From Pristiophorus japonicus (lineage: Eukaryota), in contig NC_091984.1 of assembly GCF_044704955.1 (NCBI RefSeq), positions 147,126,001 to 147,190,000 of the forward strand: a DNA stretch of 64,000 nt. The letters run 5' to 3'. Positions 49,195-63,195 of the stretch are shown here, piece after piece. The position numbers and the translations under genes were made by a program. The notes under the pieces were generated by a model. That model was not told the origin of the DNA. It did not search any database and worked only from the letters and a program-made list of their open reading frames with translations. Numbering within the stretch: position 1 is the first letter of the stretch; every line of letters begins with the position of its first letter.

Positions 49195-52100
49195 CATACA
49201 GGAAGATTTACGAGGATGTTGCCTTTACTGGAAAATTTTATCTATGAGGAAAGATTGGGCTGGGGTTGTTTTCTTTGGAATAGAGGAGGCTGAGGGGAGT
49301 GTATAAAATTATGAGGGGCCTAGATAGAGTGGATAGGAAGGACATATTTCCCTTAGCAGAGTGGTCAACAACCAGGGCATAGATTTAAAGTAATTGGTGG
49401 GAGGCTTAGAGAGGATTTGAGGGGAAATGTCTTCACCCAGAGCGTGGTGGGGGTCTGGAACTCACTGCCTGAAAGGGTGGTAGAGGCAGAAACCCTCACC
49501 ATATTTAAGAAGTACTTAGATGCACATTTGGAGTGCGGTAACCCACAGGGCTATGGACCAAGAGCTGGAACGTGGGATTAGGCTGGATAGATCTTTGTCG
49601 GCCGGCGCGGACACGATGGGCCGAATGGCCTCCTTTCATGCTGTAAATTTCTCTGATTCTATGAAGCTCCCAGACTGCAATGAGATCATGACCAGATCAT
49701 CGGTTTTAACTATGTTAGGTGTGGGATAAATATTGGCCAGGACACTGGGAAGAACTCCCTTGCCCTTCCAATAGTGATTCTGAGATCTTTCATGTCCACC
49801 TGAGAGGATAGATGGGACTTCGGTTTAACATCTCATTTGAAAGACAGCACCTCTGACAGAGGGATGATATGTTGGAAGGATCATCAAATGAGGCCATATG
49901 GGTTAAACTGATGAACATAAAAGGGGCGATCATACAGCTGGGAGTGGACTACAGACATCTAAACAGTCAGAGGGAGATAGAAGAGAAAATATGTCGGCAA
50001 ATTGCTGAGAAGTGCAAAAACAATCGGGCAGCAATAGTCGGGGATTTCAACTCCCCTCACATTAACTGGGATGGAATCAGTGTCAAAGGTATAGAGGGCG
50101 CAGAATTCTTAAATTGCATTCAGGCGAACCTTTATAGCCAGCATGTAGCAAGCCCAACAATGGAGGGGGCGTTTCTGGGCTTAGTTTTAGGGAATGAAGC
50201 TGGGCAGGTGGAAGGGGTATCAGTGGGAGAGCAGTTTGGTGCTAGTGATCATAATTCAGTTAGATTTAGCGTAGTTATGGAAAAGGACAAAGATGGAACA
50301 GGAATAAAGGTTCTCTATTGGGGATAGGTCAATTTTACTAATCTGAGAGGTGATTAAGCAAAAGTGGGCTGGAAACAGCTACTTGAAGGTAAATCAGTGT
50401 CAGAGCAGCGGGAGGTATTCAAGGGGGAGATAGTGAGGGTTCAGAGCAAGTATGTTCCCACAAAGGAAAAGGGTGGCACTCCCAAATCAAGAGCCCCCTG
50501 GATGTCAAAGGGCATACAGGTTAGGATAAGGCAAAAAAGGGAAGCTTATGTCAAATACCCAGAGCTAAATACTGCAGAAAGCCCAGAGAAGTACAGAACG
50601 TGCAGGGCTGAAATTAAAAAGGAATTTAGGAATGCAAAGTGAGGGCATGAAAATCTATTGGCAATTAAAGTCAGGGAAAATCCAAACATGTTTTATAAAT
50701 ACATAAAGAGCAAGAGGATAACTAAGGAAAGAGTTGGGCCGATTGGAGACCAAAAAGGTAACCTGTGTGTGGAGGCGGAAGATGTGGGTATGGTTCTCAA
50801 TGAATACGTTTATCTGACTGCACAGAAGAGAGGGACGATGCAAATATTGTAATTAAAGAGGAGGTGTGAAATATTAGATGAGATAAACATAGTGAGAGAA
50901 GAAGTGTTGAGGGGTTTAGCAGCTTTGAAATCCCCAGGCCCGGATGAAATGTATCCCAGGCTGTTAAGAGAAGCAAGGCAGGAAATACCAGAGGCTCTGA
51001 CCATCATTTTCCAATCTTCTCTGGCTACAGGTGTGGTGCTGGAGGACTGAAGGACTGCTAACATTGTACATTTGTTCAAAAAGTGAGAAAGAGATAGACG
51101 GAGTAATTACAGGCCAGTCAGCCTAACCTCAGTGGTGGGAAAAGTATTGTAAACAATTCTGAGGAACAGCATAAATTGTCATGTAGGAATGGATGGATTA
51201 ATCAAGGACAGTCAACATGGATTTGTTAAGGGAAGGTCATGCCTGACTAACTTGATTGAATGTTTTGCGGAGATAACAAGGAGGGTCAATGAGTTTTGCA
51301 CCTTTGATGTAGTATACATGGATTTTTGCAAGGCTTTTGGCAAAGTCTCACATGGCAGAAAAGTAAAAAGCCCATGGGATCCAAGGGAAAGTGGCAAGTT
51401 GGATCCAAATTTGGCTGAGTGGCAAAAAGCAAAGGGTAATGGTCAACGGGTGTTTTTGTGACTGGAAGGCTGTTTCGAGTGGGGTTCCGCAGGGCTCAGT
51501 ACTAAGTCCCTTGCTCTTTGTAATATACACCAATGATTTAGACTTCAATGTAGGGAACATGATTAAGAAGTTTGCAGATGATACAAAAATTGGCTGTGCG
51601 ATTGATAGTGAGGAAGAAAGCTGTAGACTGCAGGAAGATATCAGTGGACTGGTCAGGTGGGCAGAACAGTGGCAAATGGAATTCAATCCGGAGAACTGTG
51701 AGGTAATGCATTTGGGAAAGTCTAACAAGGCAAGGGAATACACATTAAATGGTAGGACACTGAGAATTCCCTGGATACTGAGGAGGTCCCAGCAGATTGG
51801 AAAAGTGCAAATGTATTGCCCCTACTTAAAAAAGGAGGCAGATAAAAAACAGGAAACTATTGATCAGTTAGCTTAACATCTGTGGTTGGGAAAATGTTGG
51901 TGTCCATTATTAACGAGGCAATAGCAGGACATTTGGATAAGCAAAATTCGGTCAGGCAGAGTCAGCATGGATTTATGAAGGGGAAGTCATGTTTAACAAA
52001 TTTGCTGGAGTTCTTTGAGGATGCAACAAACAGGGTGGATAAAGGGGAACTGGTAAATGTGGTGTATTTGGACTTCCAGATGGCATTTGACAAGGTGCCA

Positions 52101-54810
52101 CATAAAAGGTTACTGCACAAGATAAAAGTTCGCGGAGTTAGGCGTAATATATTAGAATGGATCGAGGATTGGCTAACAGAAAACAGAGAGTCAGGATGAA
52201 TGGTTCATTCTCGGCTTGGCAATCAGTAACTAATGGGGTGCCACAGGGATCAGTGCTGGGACCCCAACTATTTGCAATCTATATTAACGACTTGGATGAA
52301 GGGACTGAGTGCAACGTAGCCAGGTTTGCTGATGATACAAAGTTGGGAGGAAAAACAATGTGTGAGGTGGACACAAAAAACCTGCAAAATGACATAGACA
52401 GGCTAAGTGAGTGGGCAAAAATTTGGCAGATGGAGTATAATGTTGCAAAGTGTGAGGTTATGCACATCGGCAGAAAAAAAATCAAAGAACAAGTTGTTAT
52501 TTCAATGGAGAAAAATTGCAAAGTGCTGCAGTACAGCGGGACCTGGGGGTACTTGTGCATGAAACAAAAAAGGATAGTATGCAGGTACAGCAAGTGATCA
52601 GGAAAGCTAATGGAATCTTGGCCATTGTTGCAATGTGGATGCAATATAAAAGCAGAGAAGTCTTGCTACAGTTATATAGGGTATTGATGAGGCCACTCCT
52701 GGAATACTGCGTACAGTTTTGGTTTCCATATTTAGGAAAGGATACATTTGCTTTGGAGGCATTTCAGAGAAGATTGACTAGGTTGATTCCGAAAATGAGG
52801 GGGTTGACTTCTGAGGAAAGGTTGAGTAGGTTAGGCATCTACTCATTGTCAATCAGAAGAATGAGAGGTGATCTTATCGAAACATGTATGATTATGAGGG
52901 GGCTTGACAAGGTGGATGCAGACAGGATGTTTCCACTGATAGGGGAGACTAGAACTAGGGGGCTTAATCTTAGAATAAGCAGCCGCCCATTTAAAACTGA
53001 GAAGAGGAGGAATTTCTTCTCTCAGAATCTTTAATCTCTTATTATTCTCTAATGTCCGGATTACTCCCGTTGCCACGAGCTAGTGAGTACAGAAATAGGA
53101 GGGTAGAGCAGATGAATGCATGGCTGGAGAGATGGTGCAGGCGGGAGGGCTTTAGTTTCCTGAGGCATTGGGACCGTTTCTGGGGGAGGTAGGACCTGTA
53201 CACGCCGGACGGGTTGCACCTCAACAGAGCCGGGACCAATATCCTCGAGGGGGGCGTTTGCTTGTGCTGTTGGGGAGGGTTTAAACGAGCTGGGCAGGGA
53301 GCTGGGAACCTGAAAATGGATTCAGTATGGAGGGGAATAAAGCTGGAATTAGAAAGCAAAAATAAAGAAAGTGAGTTTGAAGGAGAGAGGAAACAAGCAG
53401 GAAAAGAGCGTAAAAAAACAAATTTAAAGGCTCTTTGTCTGAATAACAAAATGGATGAGTTGACGGCACAAATAGATACAAATGAATATGATCTGATATG
53501 CATTACAGAGACGTGGTTGCAAGGTGAGCCGGATTGGGAACTAAATATTCAGGGGTACTTGACAATCCGGAAGGACAGACAGAAAGCAAAAGGAGGTGGG
53601 ATAGCTCTGCTGATAAAGGATGGAATCACTGCAATAGTGAGAAATGAAATTGGCTCAAATGATCAGGATGTTCCCTTTATTATTCCTTATCTCCACCCAG
53701 GATGTGGGTGGAGATAAGGAATAATAAAGGGAAAAAGTCACTGGTGGGCGTAGTCTATAGGCCCTCTAACAGTAGCACCTCTGTTGGTCAGAGTATAAAC
53801 CAAGAAATAGTGGGGGCTTGTAAAAATTGAACAGCAATAATCATGGGTGAATTTAACCTCCATATTGATTGGACAAATAAAATTGGTCAGGGTAGCCTTG
53901 AGGAAGAGTTCATAGAGTGCATAAGGGACAGGTTCCTTGAGTAGTATGTGATGGAACCAACCAGGGAGCAGGCAATCTTAGATCTTGTCCTGTATAATGA
54001 GACAGTATTAATAAACAATCTCCGAGTAAAGGTATCCCCTTGGACTGAGTGATAATAACATGGTTCAATTTCAAATTCAGATTGAGGGTGAGAAATCTGA
54101 TCTCTAACCAGCGTACTAAGATTAAATAAAGGAGACTACAAAGGTATGAGGGCAGAGTTGGTTAAAGTGGAAAATAGATTAAAGTGCAGGACGGCTGATG
54201 AACAGTCATATACATATAAGGAGATATTTCACAACTCTCAAGAAAAATATTTTCCAGTGAGGAGGAAAGGGTGTAAAAGAAAAGATAGCCATCTGTGGCG
54301 AACTAAAGAAATAAAGGATGGTATCCAATTAAAAACAAGGGCATACAAAGTGTCCAAAACTAGTGGAAGGGCAGAAGATTGGGAAGCTTTTAAAAGCCAG
54401 CAAAGAATTAATAAAAAAATGATTAAGAAAGGGAAGATAGACTCTAAAAGTAAACTAGCACAAAATATAAAAACAGATAGCAAGAGTTTCTCTCGGTATG
54501 TAAAAAGGAAAAGAGTAGCTAAAGTAAATGTTCGACCCTGAGAGGACAAAACCAGGGAATTAGTGATGGAGAACAATGGAGATGGCAGAAACTCTGAACA
54601 AATATTTTGTATCAGTCTTTACGGTAGAGGACACTGAGATGAGGAGGAATTTCTTCTCAGAGGATAGACAATTTCTTAATAAGGGGTTATGGGGAGCGGG
54701 CAGGGAAGTGGACCTGAGTCCATGATTGGATTGGCCATGTACATATTAAATGACGGAGCAGGCTCGAGGGGCCGCGTGGCCTACTCCTGCTCATATTTCT
54801 TATGTTCTTA
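49195..54810 (+). mobile_element. Cluster of adjacent CR1 LINE fragments (about 49195-49660, 49858-51765, 51766-53030, 53050-54810) with SINE pieces
   Basis: Repeated GDFN, SCLTNL, GVPQGSVLGP, FADD and RGDLIE motifs. Confidence 0.9.
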
Positions 54811-55384
54811 AAGTGAGGGGTAGTGGGACTAATTGGGTAATTCTTTCAAACAGCCGGCACAGGCACGATGGGCCGAATGGCCTCCTTCTGTGCTGTAAGA
54901 TTCTAGGCTGTGAGCGCATTTCACAGTTTTCTCCCGTGTTATTAACAAACATACAGCTGTGAAAACCTCCCTCTTTCACTTCCTCTGTGGGTGAAGTTTC
55001 ATTCTTCTGATCTGACAGTCTCTTCAGTTATTTTTTGCACGGGGGATTTCTGCTGTGGTCTGAGTCTCTAATAATAACTGTCCAATCAGGCAGAATAATA
55101 GCAGCTTGGACCGGCTGGGACAGCGGACCCAGGCTCAGTGCTGACCCTGCAATGTCCTCCTCACCAACATCTAGGGACTTTTGCCAAAAGTGGGAGAGCT
55201 GCCCCACAGACTAGTCAAGCACCAGCCTGACATAGTCCTACTCACAGAATCAAACCTTTCAGCCAATGTCCTACTGCAGCACTCCACCCCCCCACCCCAG
55301 AATCCTGTGAACCCTTAAACAGGAACCCTTTTGAAGAACAGTCTGTTCTGAGATTCTGGGTGTGAGATACTCTGTGCTGAGAAA

Positions 55385-58300
55385 ACAATCACTATCACCA
55401 GAGAAAAAGTACTTGGTAAAATAATGGAACTAAAGGTGGACAAGTCCCCTGGACCTGATGGCCGGCATCCTAGGGTCTTAAATGAAGTGGCTGCAGAGAT
55501 AGTGGATGCATTGGCTTCAATCTACACAAATTCCCTGGATTCTGGAGAGGTCCCAGCAGATTGGAAAACTGCAAATGTAACGTCCTTATTTAAAAAAAGA
55601 AGGCAGACAGAAAGCAGGAAACTATAGACCAGTTAGCCTAACATCTGTCGTTGGAAAAATGCTTTGGAGTCCATTATTAAGGAAGCAGTAGCAGGACATT
55701 TGGAAAAGCATAATTCAGTCAGGCAGAGTCAGCATGTTTTTATGAACGGGAAATCATGTTTGACAGATTTGCTGGAGTTCTTTGAGGATGTAACGTGCAT
55801 GGTGGATATATGGGAACCAATGGATGTGGTGTATTTTGATTTCCAGAAGACATTCAACAAGGTGTCACATAAAAGATTACTGTGCAAGATAAGAGTACAC
55901 GGGATTGGTGCTAATATATTAGCATAGCTGGAGGATTGGCTAACTAACAGATAACAGAGAAACATAGAAAAATAGAAATTTACAGCGCAGAAGGAGGCCA
56001 TTTCGGCCCATAGTGTCCACACCGGCCAACAACGAGCTGCACGGCCCTTGGTCAGCAGCCCTAAAGGTTACATATAAACCTATGAACAGTGACGGAAAGG
56101 CAGAGAGCACCCAGTCTAACCAGTCCGCCTCACACAACTGCGACACCCCTTATACTGAAGCATTCTACACTCCACCCCAACCGGAGCCATGTGATCTCCT
56201 GGGAGAGGCAAAAACCAGATTAAAAACCCAGGCCAATATATGGAGAAAAAATCTGGGAAAATTCCTCTCCGACACATCCAGGTGATCGAAACTAGTTCAG
56301 GAGATCACCTTGGCCATATTATATGCCCTGCAGTACTTACCATTATATCTGCGCCAGCCAACAAAAGGTCATCCAGTCTAATACCAAATACCAGCTCTCG
56401 GTCTGTAACCCTGCAGGTTACGGCACTTTAATTGCCCATCCAACCATCTCTTAAAAGTGGTGAGGGTTTCTGCATCCACCACTCTTCCAGGCAGCGAGTC
56501 CCAGATCCCCACAATCCTTTGTGTAAAGAAGTCCCCCCCTCAAATCCCCTCTAAATCTTCCACCAACCACCTGAAAACTATGCCTCCTTCTAATAGACCC
56601 CTCCACCAATGGAAATAGGCCCTTACTATCCACTATGTCCAGGCCCCTCAATATTTTGTACACCTCAATGAGGTCTCCTCTCAACCTCCTCTGTTCCAAT
56701 GAGAACACACCAGCCTATCCAATCTGTCCTCATAACTAAGATTCTCCATTCCAGGCAGCATCCTAGTAAATCTACTCTGCACCCTCTCTAGTGCAATCAT
56801 GTCCTTCCTATAAAACGGCAACCAGAACTGTACACAGTACTCCAGCTGTGGCCTAACCAAAGTATTATACTATTTAAGCATAACCTCCTTGCTCTTATAT
56901 TCTATGCCTCGGACAATAAAGGCAAGCATTCCGTATGTCTTCTAACTACTTTCAGGGATCTGTGGACAAGCACTCCAAGGTCCCTTTGTTCATCTACACT
57001 ATTAAGTGGCCTACTGCTTAATGTGTATACGCTTTCCTTATTAGCCCTCCCAAAGTGCATCGCCTCATACTTCTCTGAATTAAATTCCATTTGCCACTGC
57101 TCTGCCCACCTGACCAGTAGATTGATATCCTCCTGCAGCCCATGACATTCCTCTCCATTATCAACCACACAGCCAATTTTAGTGTCGTCTGCAAACCTCT
57201 TAATCATACTCCGTATATTCAAATCTAAATCTTTGATATATATCACAAAAAGCAAGGGGCCCAGTACTGGGCCCTGCAGAACCCCACTGGAAACATCCTT
57301 CCAGTCACAAAAACATCCATCAATCATTACCCTTTGCTACCTACCTCCAAACCAAGTTTGGATTTAACTTGCCACTTTGCCCTGGATCCCATGGGCTTTA
57401 ACCTTCATGACCAGTCTACCATGTAGGACCTTATCCCAAGAGTCGGGATAAATGGTTCATTTTCCGGTTGGCAAACGGTAACTAGTTTGGTGCCACAGGG
57501 ATTGGGGGATGACTTGGATTAAGTGACCAAGTGTAATGTAACCAAGTTTGCTGATGATACAAATATAGATGGGAAAGCAAGTTTTGTGGAGGGCACAAAG
57601 AATCTGCACAGGGATATAGAAAGGTTAAGTGAGTGGGCAAACATTTCACTGATAGATTATAATGTGGGAAAGTGAGAAGTTATCCACTTTCGCAGGAAAA
57701 ATAAAAATGCAAATTATTATTTAAATGGGGAGAGATTACAAAATGCTGTTGTACAGAGGGACCTGGGGGTCCTTGCGCATGAAACACAAAAAGTTAGTAT
57801 TCAGGTACAGCAAGTAATCAGGAAAGCAAATGGAATGTTAGCCTTAATTGCAAGGGGGAAGGAGTATAAAAGCAGGGAAGTCCTGCTACATCTGTACCGG
57901 GTATTGGTGAGGCCACACCGAGAGTACTGCGTACAGCTTTGGTCTCCTTATGTAAGGAGGGATATATTTGCATTGGAGGCAGTTCAGAGAAGGTTCACAA
58001 GGTTGATTTCTGAGATGAAGGGGTTGACTTATGTAAAAAAATTGAGCAGGTTGGCCCTATACTCATTGGAGTTTTGAAGAATGAGAGGTGATCTTATTGA
58101 AACATATAAGATTCTGAGGGGGCTTGACAAGGTGGATGTAGAGAGGATGTTTCCGCTCATGAGGGAATCTAGAACTAGGGCGCATAGTTTCAGAATAAGG
58201 GGTCGCCCATTTAAAACTGAGATGTGGAGAATTTCTTCTCTGAGGGTTGCAAATCTGTGGAATTCTCTGCCCCAGAGAGTTGTGGAGGCTGGGTCCTTGA

Positions 58301-58640
58301 ATATATTTAAGGTGGAGATAGACAGATTTTTGAACAATAAGGCAGTAAAGGGTTATGGGGAGTGGGGAGGGAATTGGAGCCGAGCACAGGATCAGATCAG
58401 CCATGATCTTATTGAATGGAGGAGCAGGCTCCAGGGGCCAAATGGCCTAGCCCTGCTCCTATTTCTTAAGTTCTTATGTTTCTTTAGCCTAGAATTCCAT
58501 TGGTGTCTGTCACCGGTTATGGGGAGTGGGCGGGGAAGTGGAGTTGAGGCCAAGATCAGATCAGCCATGATCTTATTGACTGGTGGACCAGCTCGAGGGG
58601 CCGTATGGCCCACTCCTGCTCCTATTCCTTATGTCCTTGT
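55385..58640 (+). mobile_element. CR1 RT region interrupted by an opposite-strand CR1 (about 55961-57437)
   Basis: Plus-strand RT stops at ...AACAGATAACAGAG and resumes at AGAGTCGGGATAAATGG. Minus ORF 56902-57327 has FADD. Confidence 0.88.
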
Positions 58641-58654
58641 GTATGAGTCCTGAT

Positions 58655-59280
58655 TGCTAGAGATTGTTGGTAGTGGGTGATGGGGGTGTGGTGCATTGAG
58701 CAATGTGTGAGACTAGTGGTGCAGTTGGTGGGACACGGCATTTGAAGATGAATTCACCGACCTTGACCACTCTCGTGAGGTCATTGAACATTTGGCGGCA
58801 CTGCATCCCGTCCTCGGGTCCTGGTCTCACTGCCTTCGAAACATTTGTCTGGTGGAGCCTCCTCGCCCCCTGTGGATAGAGAACATCTCTCCCCCTCTGC
58901 ACCTCCTCCCCCAAGGCCTCCAGTACAGCGCTGGAGGATCTTGGAGCCGGCTCTCTCCCCTGTTGTGTCATCAGTACGTCTTGGTCCAGGTCAGAATGTC
59001 TTCCACAGCTACTTCCAGCACCTGCTCCAGACAAATTTCACTTGTCCATTATGAGGTGCAGGCCAGCTTTAACTGGTGCCAGCCTCACACAACCTTGGGC
59101 CCCGGGCGCTGAGGCCTGTAGCCACTCAACAGCACAGTTAGTGCTGGGTGCACGCACCAATCATGTAGGTTAGCAGGCAGCACAACTTTGGCCTGCTGCC
59201 TGCATCGGTAGCTACGGGCGTGGGTTAATCCCGCATCATGATCCTCGCGCCCATTTTCAGGGCCTATCGAATTTATCCCC
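58655..59280 (-). mobile_element. Harbinger-type DNA transposon remnant, Myb/SANT-like ORF
   Basis: REPAPRSSSAVLEALGEEVQRGRDVLYP...QCRQMFNDLTR. Confidence 0.7.
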
Positions 59281-59924
59281 CATAGAGTCCGTGATCATAG
59301 AGATTCTGCGCCGTGTATGGGAGGGAATTCAGTGGGTGGTAGGGTCCATGATAGGGTGGGGTGTACATGGTGTGTGGGAGGAGATTCAATGGGTGGTAGA
59401 GTCCATGATAGGGTGGGTGTACATGGTGTGTGGGAGGGGATTAAATGGGTGGTAGGGTCCATGATAGGCTGGTGTGTACATGGTGTGTGGGAGGCGATTC
59501 AATGAGCTAATGGGTAAAAGGCCTTTTCTCATTCCAGGTATTTGATATTCTGAAGGAAAATAAAACATGGGAGCATTCAGCTCGCTTCCCCGTGACATTG
59601 GTAATTACAGTTGGGTGAAAGAAAGAAAGAGACAGACTTGCATTGAGATAGTGCCTTTCACATCCTCAGGATGACAAAGCACTTTACAGCCAATGAAGTA
59701 CTTTTTGAAGTGTAGTCACTGTTGTAATGTAGGAAATGTGGCAGCCAATTTGCGCACAGCAAGCTCCGACAAACAGCAATATGATAATGTGCTGATAATC
59801 TGTTTCAGTGATGATGGTTGAGGGTGAAAGAGGAAAGTGTGTCCTATTCTCCTGAACTGTCATCCCATGGGTTTTTTATTAATTCATGGAATGTGGGCGT
59901 TGTTGGCAAGGCCGGCATTTATAA

Positions 59925-61180
59925 TAAGAACATAAGAAATAGGAGCAGGAGTAGGTCATTTGGCCCCTCGAGCCTGCTCCGCCATTTAATAAGATCATGG
60001 CTGATCTGATCATGGATTCAGCTCCACTTCCCTGCCCGCTTCCCAGAACCCTTTCTTCCCTTATCGCTCAAAAATCTGTCCATCTTCGCCTTAAATATAT
60101 TCAATGACCCAGCCTCCACAGCTCTCTGGGGCAGAGAATTCCATCGATTTACAACCATCTGAGAGAAGAAATTCCTCCTCATCTCAGTTTTAAATGGGCA
60201 GCCCCTTATTCTGAGACTATGCCCCTTAATTTTAGTTTCCCCTATGAGTGGAAATATCCTCTCGGCATCCACCTTGTTGAGCCCCCTCATTATCTTATAT
60301 CTTTCGATAAGATCACCTCTCATTCTTCTGAACTCCAATGAGGATAGGCCCAACCTACCCAACCTATCTTCATAAGTCAACTCTCTTATCCCTAATTGCC
60401 CTTGAGAAGGTGGTGGTGAGCCACATTCTTGAACCGCTGCAGTCCTTGTGGTGAAGGTATTCCCACAGTGCTGTTATTGAGGGAGTTCCAGGATTTTGAT
60501 CCCGTGACAATGAAGGAACGAATATATTTTTCTAAGTCAGGATGGCGTGTGACTTGGAGGGGAACATGGAGGGGGCGGTGTTCCCATGCGCTGGCAGCCC
60601 TTGTCCTTCTCAGAGGTAGAGGACGTGGGTTTGGGAGGTGCTGCCCAAGAAGCCTTGGCAAGTTACTGCAGTGCATCTTGTAGATGGTACACACTGCAGC
60701 CACGGTGCGCCGGTGGTGGAGGGAGTGAATGTTGAAAGTGGTGGATGGGATGCCGATCAAGCGGGCTCCTTTGTCCTGGATGGTATCAAGCTTCTTGAGA
60801 ATTGTTGGAGCTGCCCTCATCGAGGCAAGTGGAGAAGTTCCATCACACTCCTGACTTGTGCTTTGTAGATGGTGGAAAGGCTTTGGGGAGTTAGGAGGTG
60901 AGACACTCGCCACAGAATACTCAGCCTCTGACCTGCTCTTGTAGCCACAGTATTTATGTGGCTGGTCCAGTTAAGTTCTGGTCAATGGTGACCCCCAGGA
61001 TGTTGATGGTGGGGGGTTCGGTGATGGTAATACCATTGAATGGCAAGGGGCAATGGTTAGATTCTCTCTTGTTGGAAGAATGCTCATTGCCTGGCACTTG
61101 TGTGGCGTGAATGTTACTACCAAGCTTGAATGTTGTCCAGGTCTTGCTGCATGCGGGCACGGACTGCTTCATTATCTGAG
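59925..61180 (-). mobile_element. Two LINE 3' fragments (CR1 59925-60390; CR1/L2-group 60392-61180)
   Basis: ORFs 60018-60380 and 60392-60913 (LDTIQDKGARLI..SLHHRR..SWNSL). Confidence 0.8.
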
Positions 61181-61575
61181 GAGGATTAATTAAGGAACGC
61201 CAACATGGATTTGTTCAACGCAAATTGTGTTTAACTAAATTAATTGAGTTGTTTGACGAGGTATCAGAGAGGGTTGATGAGGGCAATGCTGTTGACGTAT
61301 TCCAAAAGGCGTTTGATAAAGTGCCACATAATAGGCTTGCCAGCAAAGTTGGAGCCCATGGAATGGGGAATGGTAGCATAGCGGTAATGTTACTGGGCTA
61401 ATAATCCAGAGACCTAAACCAATAATTCACAGACATAAGTTTAAATCCCATCATAGCAGCTGGCAAATTCAAGTTCAGTTAATTAAATAAATCTACAATA
61501 AAAAAAAGCTAGTGTTAATAATGGTGACCATGTGGTTAACACTTAACTACCCTGTGAAATGGCCCAGTGAGTCAC

Positions 61576-62333
61576 TGTAAGATGTGTGGATTTACCCCTC
61601 ACCCCATCCAACAGTTTATAGAGTTTGGACCTGTGGAACAGACAGCTCAAGACAAAGATTTCTGGAATAAGTTATTTTTACTCAAAATCAACAAGAGGTT
61701 ACGAGTAAGCTTCTCGTAGTACTGTTACACAGAGTAATCCCGGATTATAAATAAACCTCTAATAGTACTGTTACACACAGTAATTCCAGATTATAAATAA
61801 ACTACTTCTGTTACACACGTTCGCAGCCCTTTTTATACCCCAAAACTGGGCAGTCCCTCAGTGTGTCCGTGTCCCATTCGATGGGAGTAATGGGCAGTCC
61901 CTCAGTGTGTCCGTGTCCCATTCGATGGGAGTAATGGGCAGTCCCTCAGTGTGTCCGTGTCCCATTCGATGGGAGTAATGGGCAGTCCCTCAGTGTGTCC
62001 GTGTCCCATTCGATGGGAGTAATGGCCATAGATGTTCTTCTCTTCTCCTGATCAACCAGCTAGACAGTTAATCAGTGGGCCTCAAAACTGGAGACTTCAT
62101 GTGTGCTGATGTTCCTGTTTCTGAGTCTGTTCTCGCAAAGCTCTCACGGTCTGAAGGCCACTATTTCCCTTACCTGTGAAACACAGCTTTCGAAGTAGCT
62201 TAACCACAGGACAGCTTGCAGCGTTCAGCAGCTTTAATGGACATTTGTGCAGCAGAAAGTCCTGTTGGCCTCACGAGGCATGCTGGTACATAAAATCTGG
62301 TCAAGTTACAGCAAACTTGTACAAAATCTTACC
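61576..62333 (-). mobile_element. Solo LTR with internal tandem repeats, inserted in a SINE
   Basis: TGTAAGAT...ATCTTACC inverted termini; TCAC/CCAC flanks; minus-strand TATAAAAA near 61830; four perfect 44-bp repeats at 61847-62022. Confidence 0.7.
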
Positions 62334-62674
62334 CCACTCAGTTGTACAAACTGCTATTAAAAAAAGGAACAGCGGTTTTTCTCAAGGGCAATTAGGGATG
62401 GGCAATAAATGCTGGCCTTGCCGGTGACATCTACATCCCAGAAACAAATAAAACAAATAAATGGGACAGTGGCAGCATGGATACAAAATTGGCCAAGTGA
62501 CAGGAAACGGAGAGTAGTGGTGAACGGTTGTTTTTCGGACTGAAGAAGGTATACAGAGGTGTTCCCCAGGGGTGGGACTGGGACCACTGCTTTTCTTGGT
62601 GTATATTAATGACTCGGATGTGAGTACACAGGGTGCAATTTCAAAATTTGCAGATGACACAAAACTTGGAAGTA

Positions 62675-63195
62675 CAGGTTGTACCTCCCTTATCCAGAAA
62701 TCCCTTACCCGGAACCACCCCTCGCCAGACCCATTCCGTCCATTCCGACATGAACAAATTGAAGAAATTGAAGTCCTTCCTTGCTGCCGAGTCTCACAAT
62801 CACTGGCCTGACCCCGTGATCCACCGTACCCCGCCCCCCCCGCCCCCATGATCTTTCTGCTGCATTCCCAGCCCCAAGCCAGCCAGCCCCAATATCCCTT
62901 TGCTCAGTACCTGCACCATCCAATTTAATGTGACCAACCCTCGTCCAGAAAAATCCCTTATCCAGCGATTGCGAGACTCGGCAGCAAGGAAGGACTTCAA
63001 TTTCTTCAATTTGTTCATGTCAGATTGGACGGGAATGGTTCTAGCGAGGGATGGTTCCGGATAAGGGATTTCTGGATTAGGGAGATACAACCTGTACTTC
63101 CAAGTTTTGTGTCATCTGCAAATTTTGAAATTGCGCCCTGTGTACTCACAGCCGAGTCAGGTCATGAGGGTTCTGGATAACGGAGGTTCAACCTG
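62675..63195. mobile_element. Tc1/pogo-type MITE with TA TSD, inserted in a CR1 RT remnant (about 61185-63930)
   Basis: TA|CAGGTTGTACCTCCCTTATCCAGAA ... TTCTGGATAACGGAGGTTCAACCTG|TA. Confidence 0.85.
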
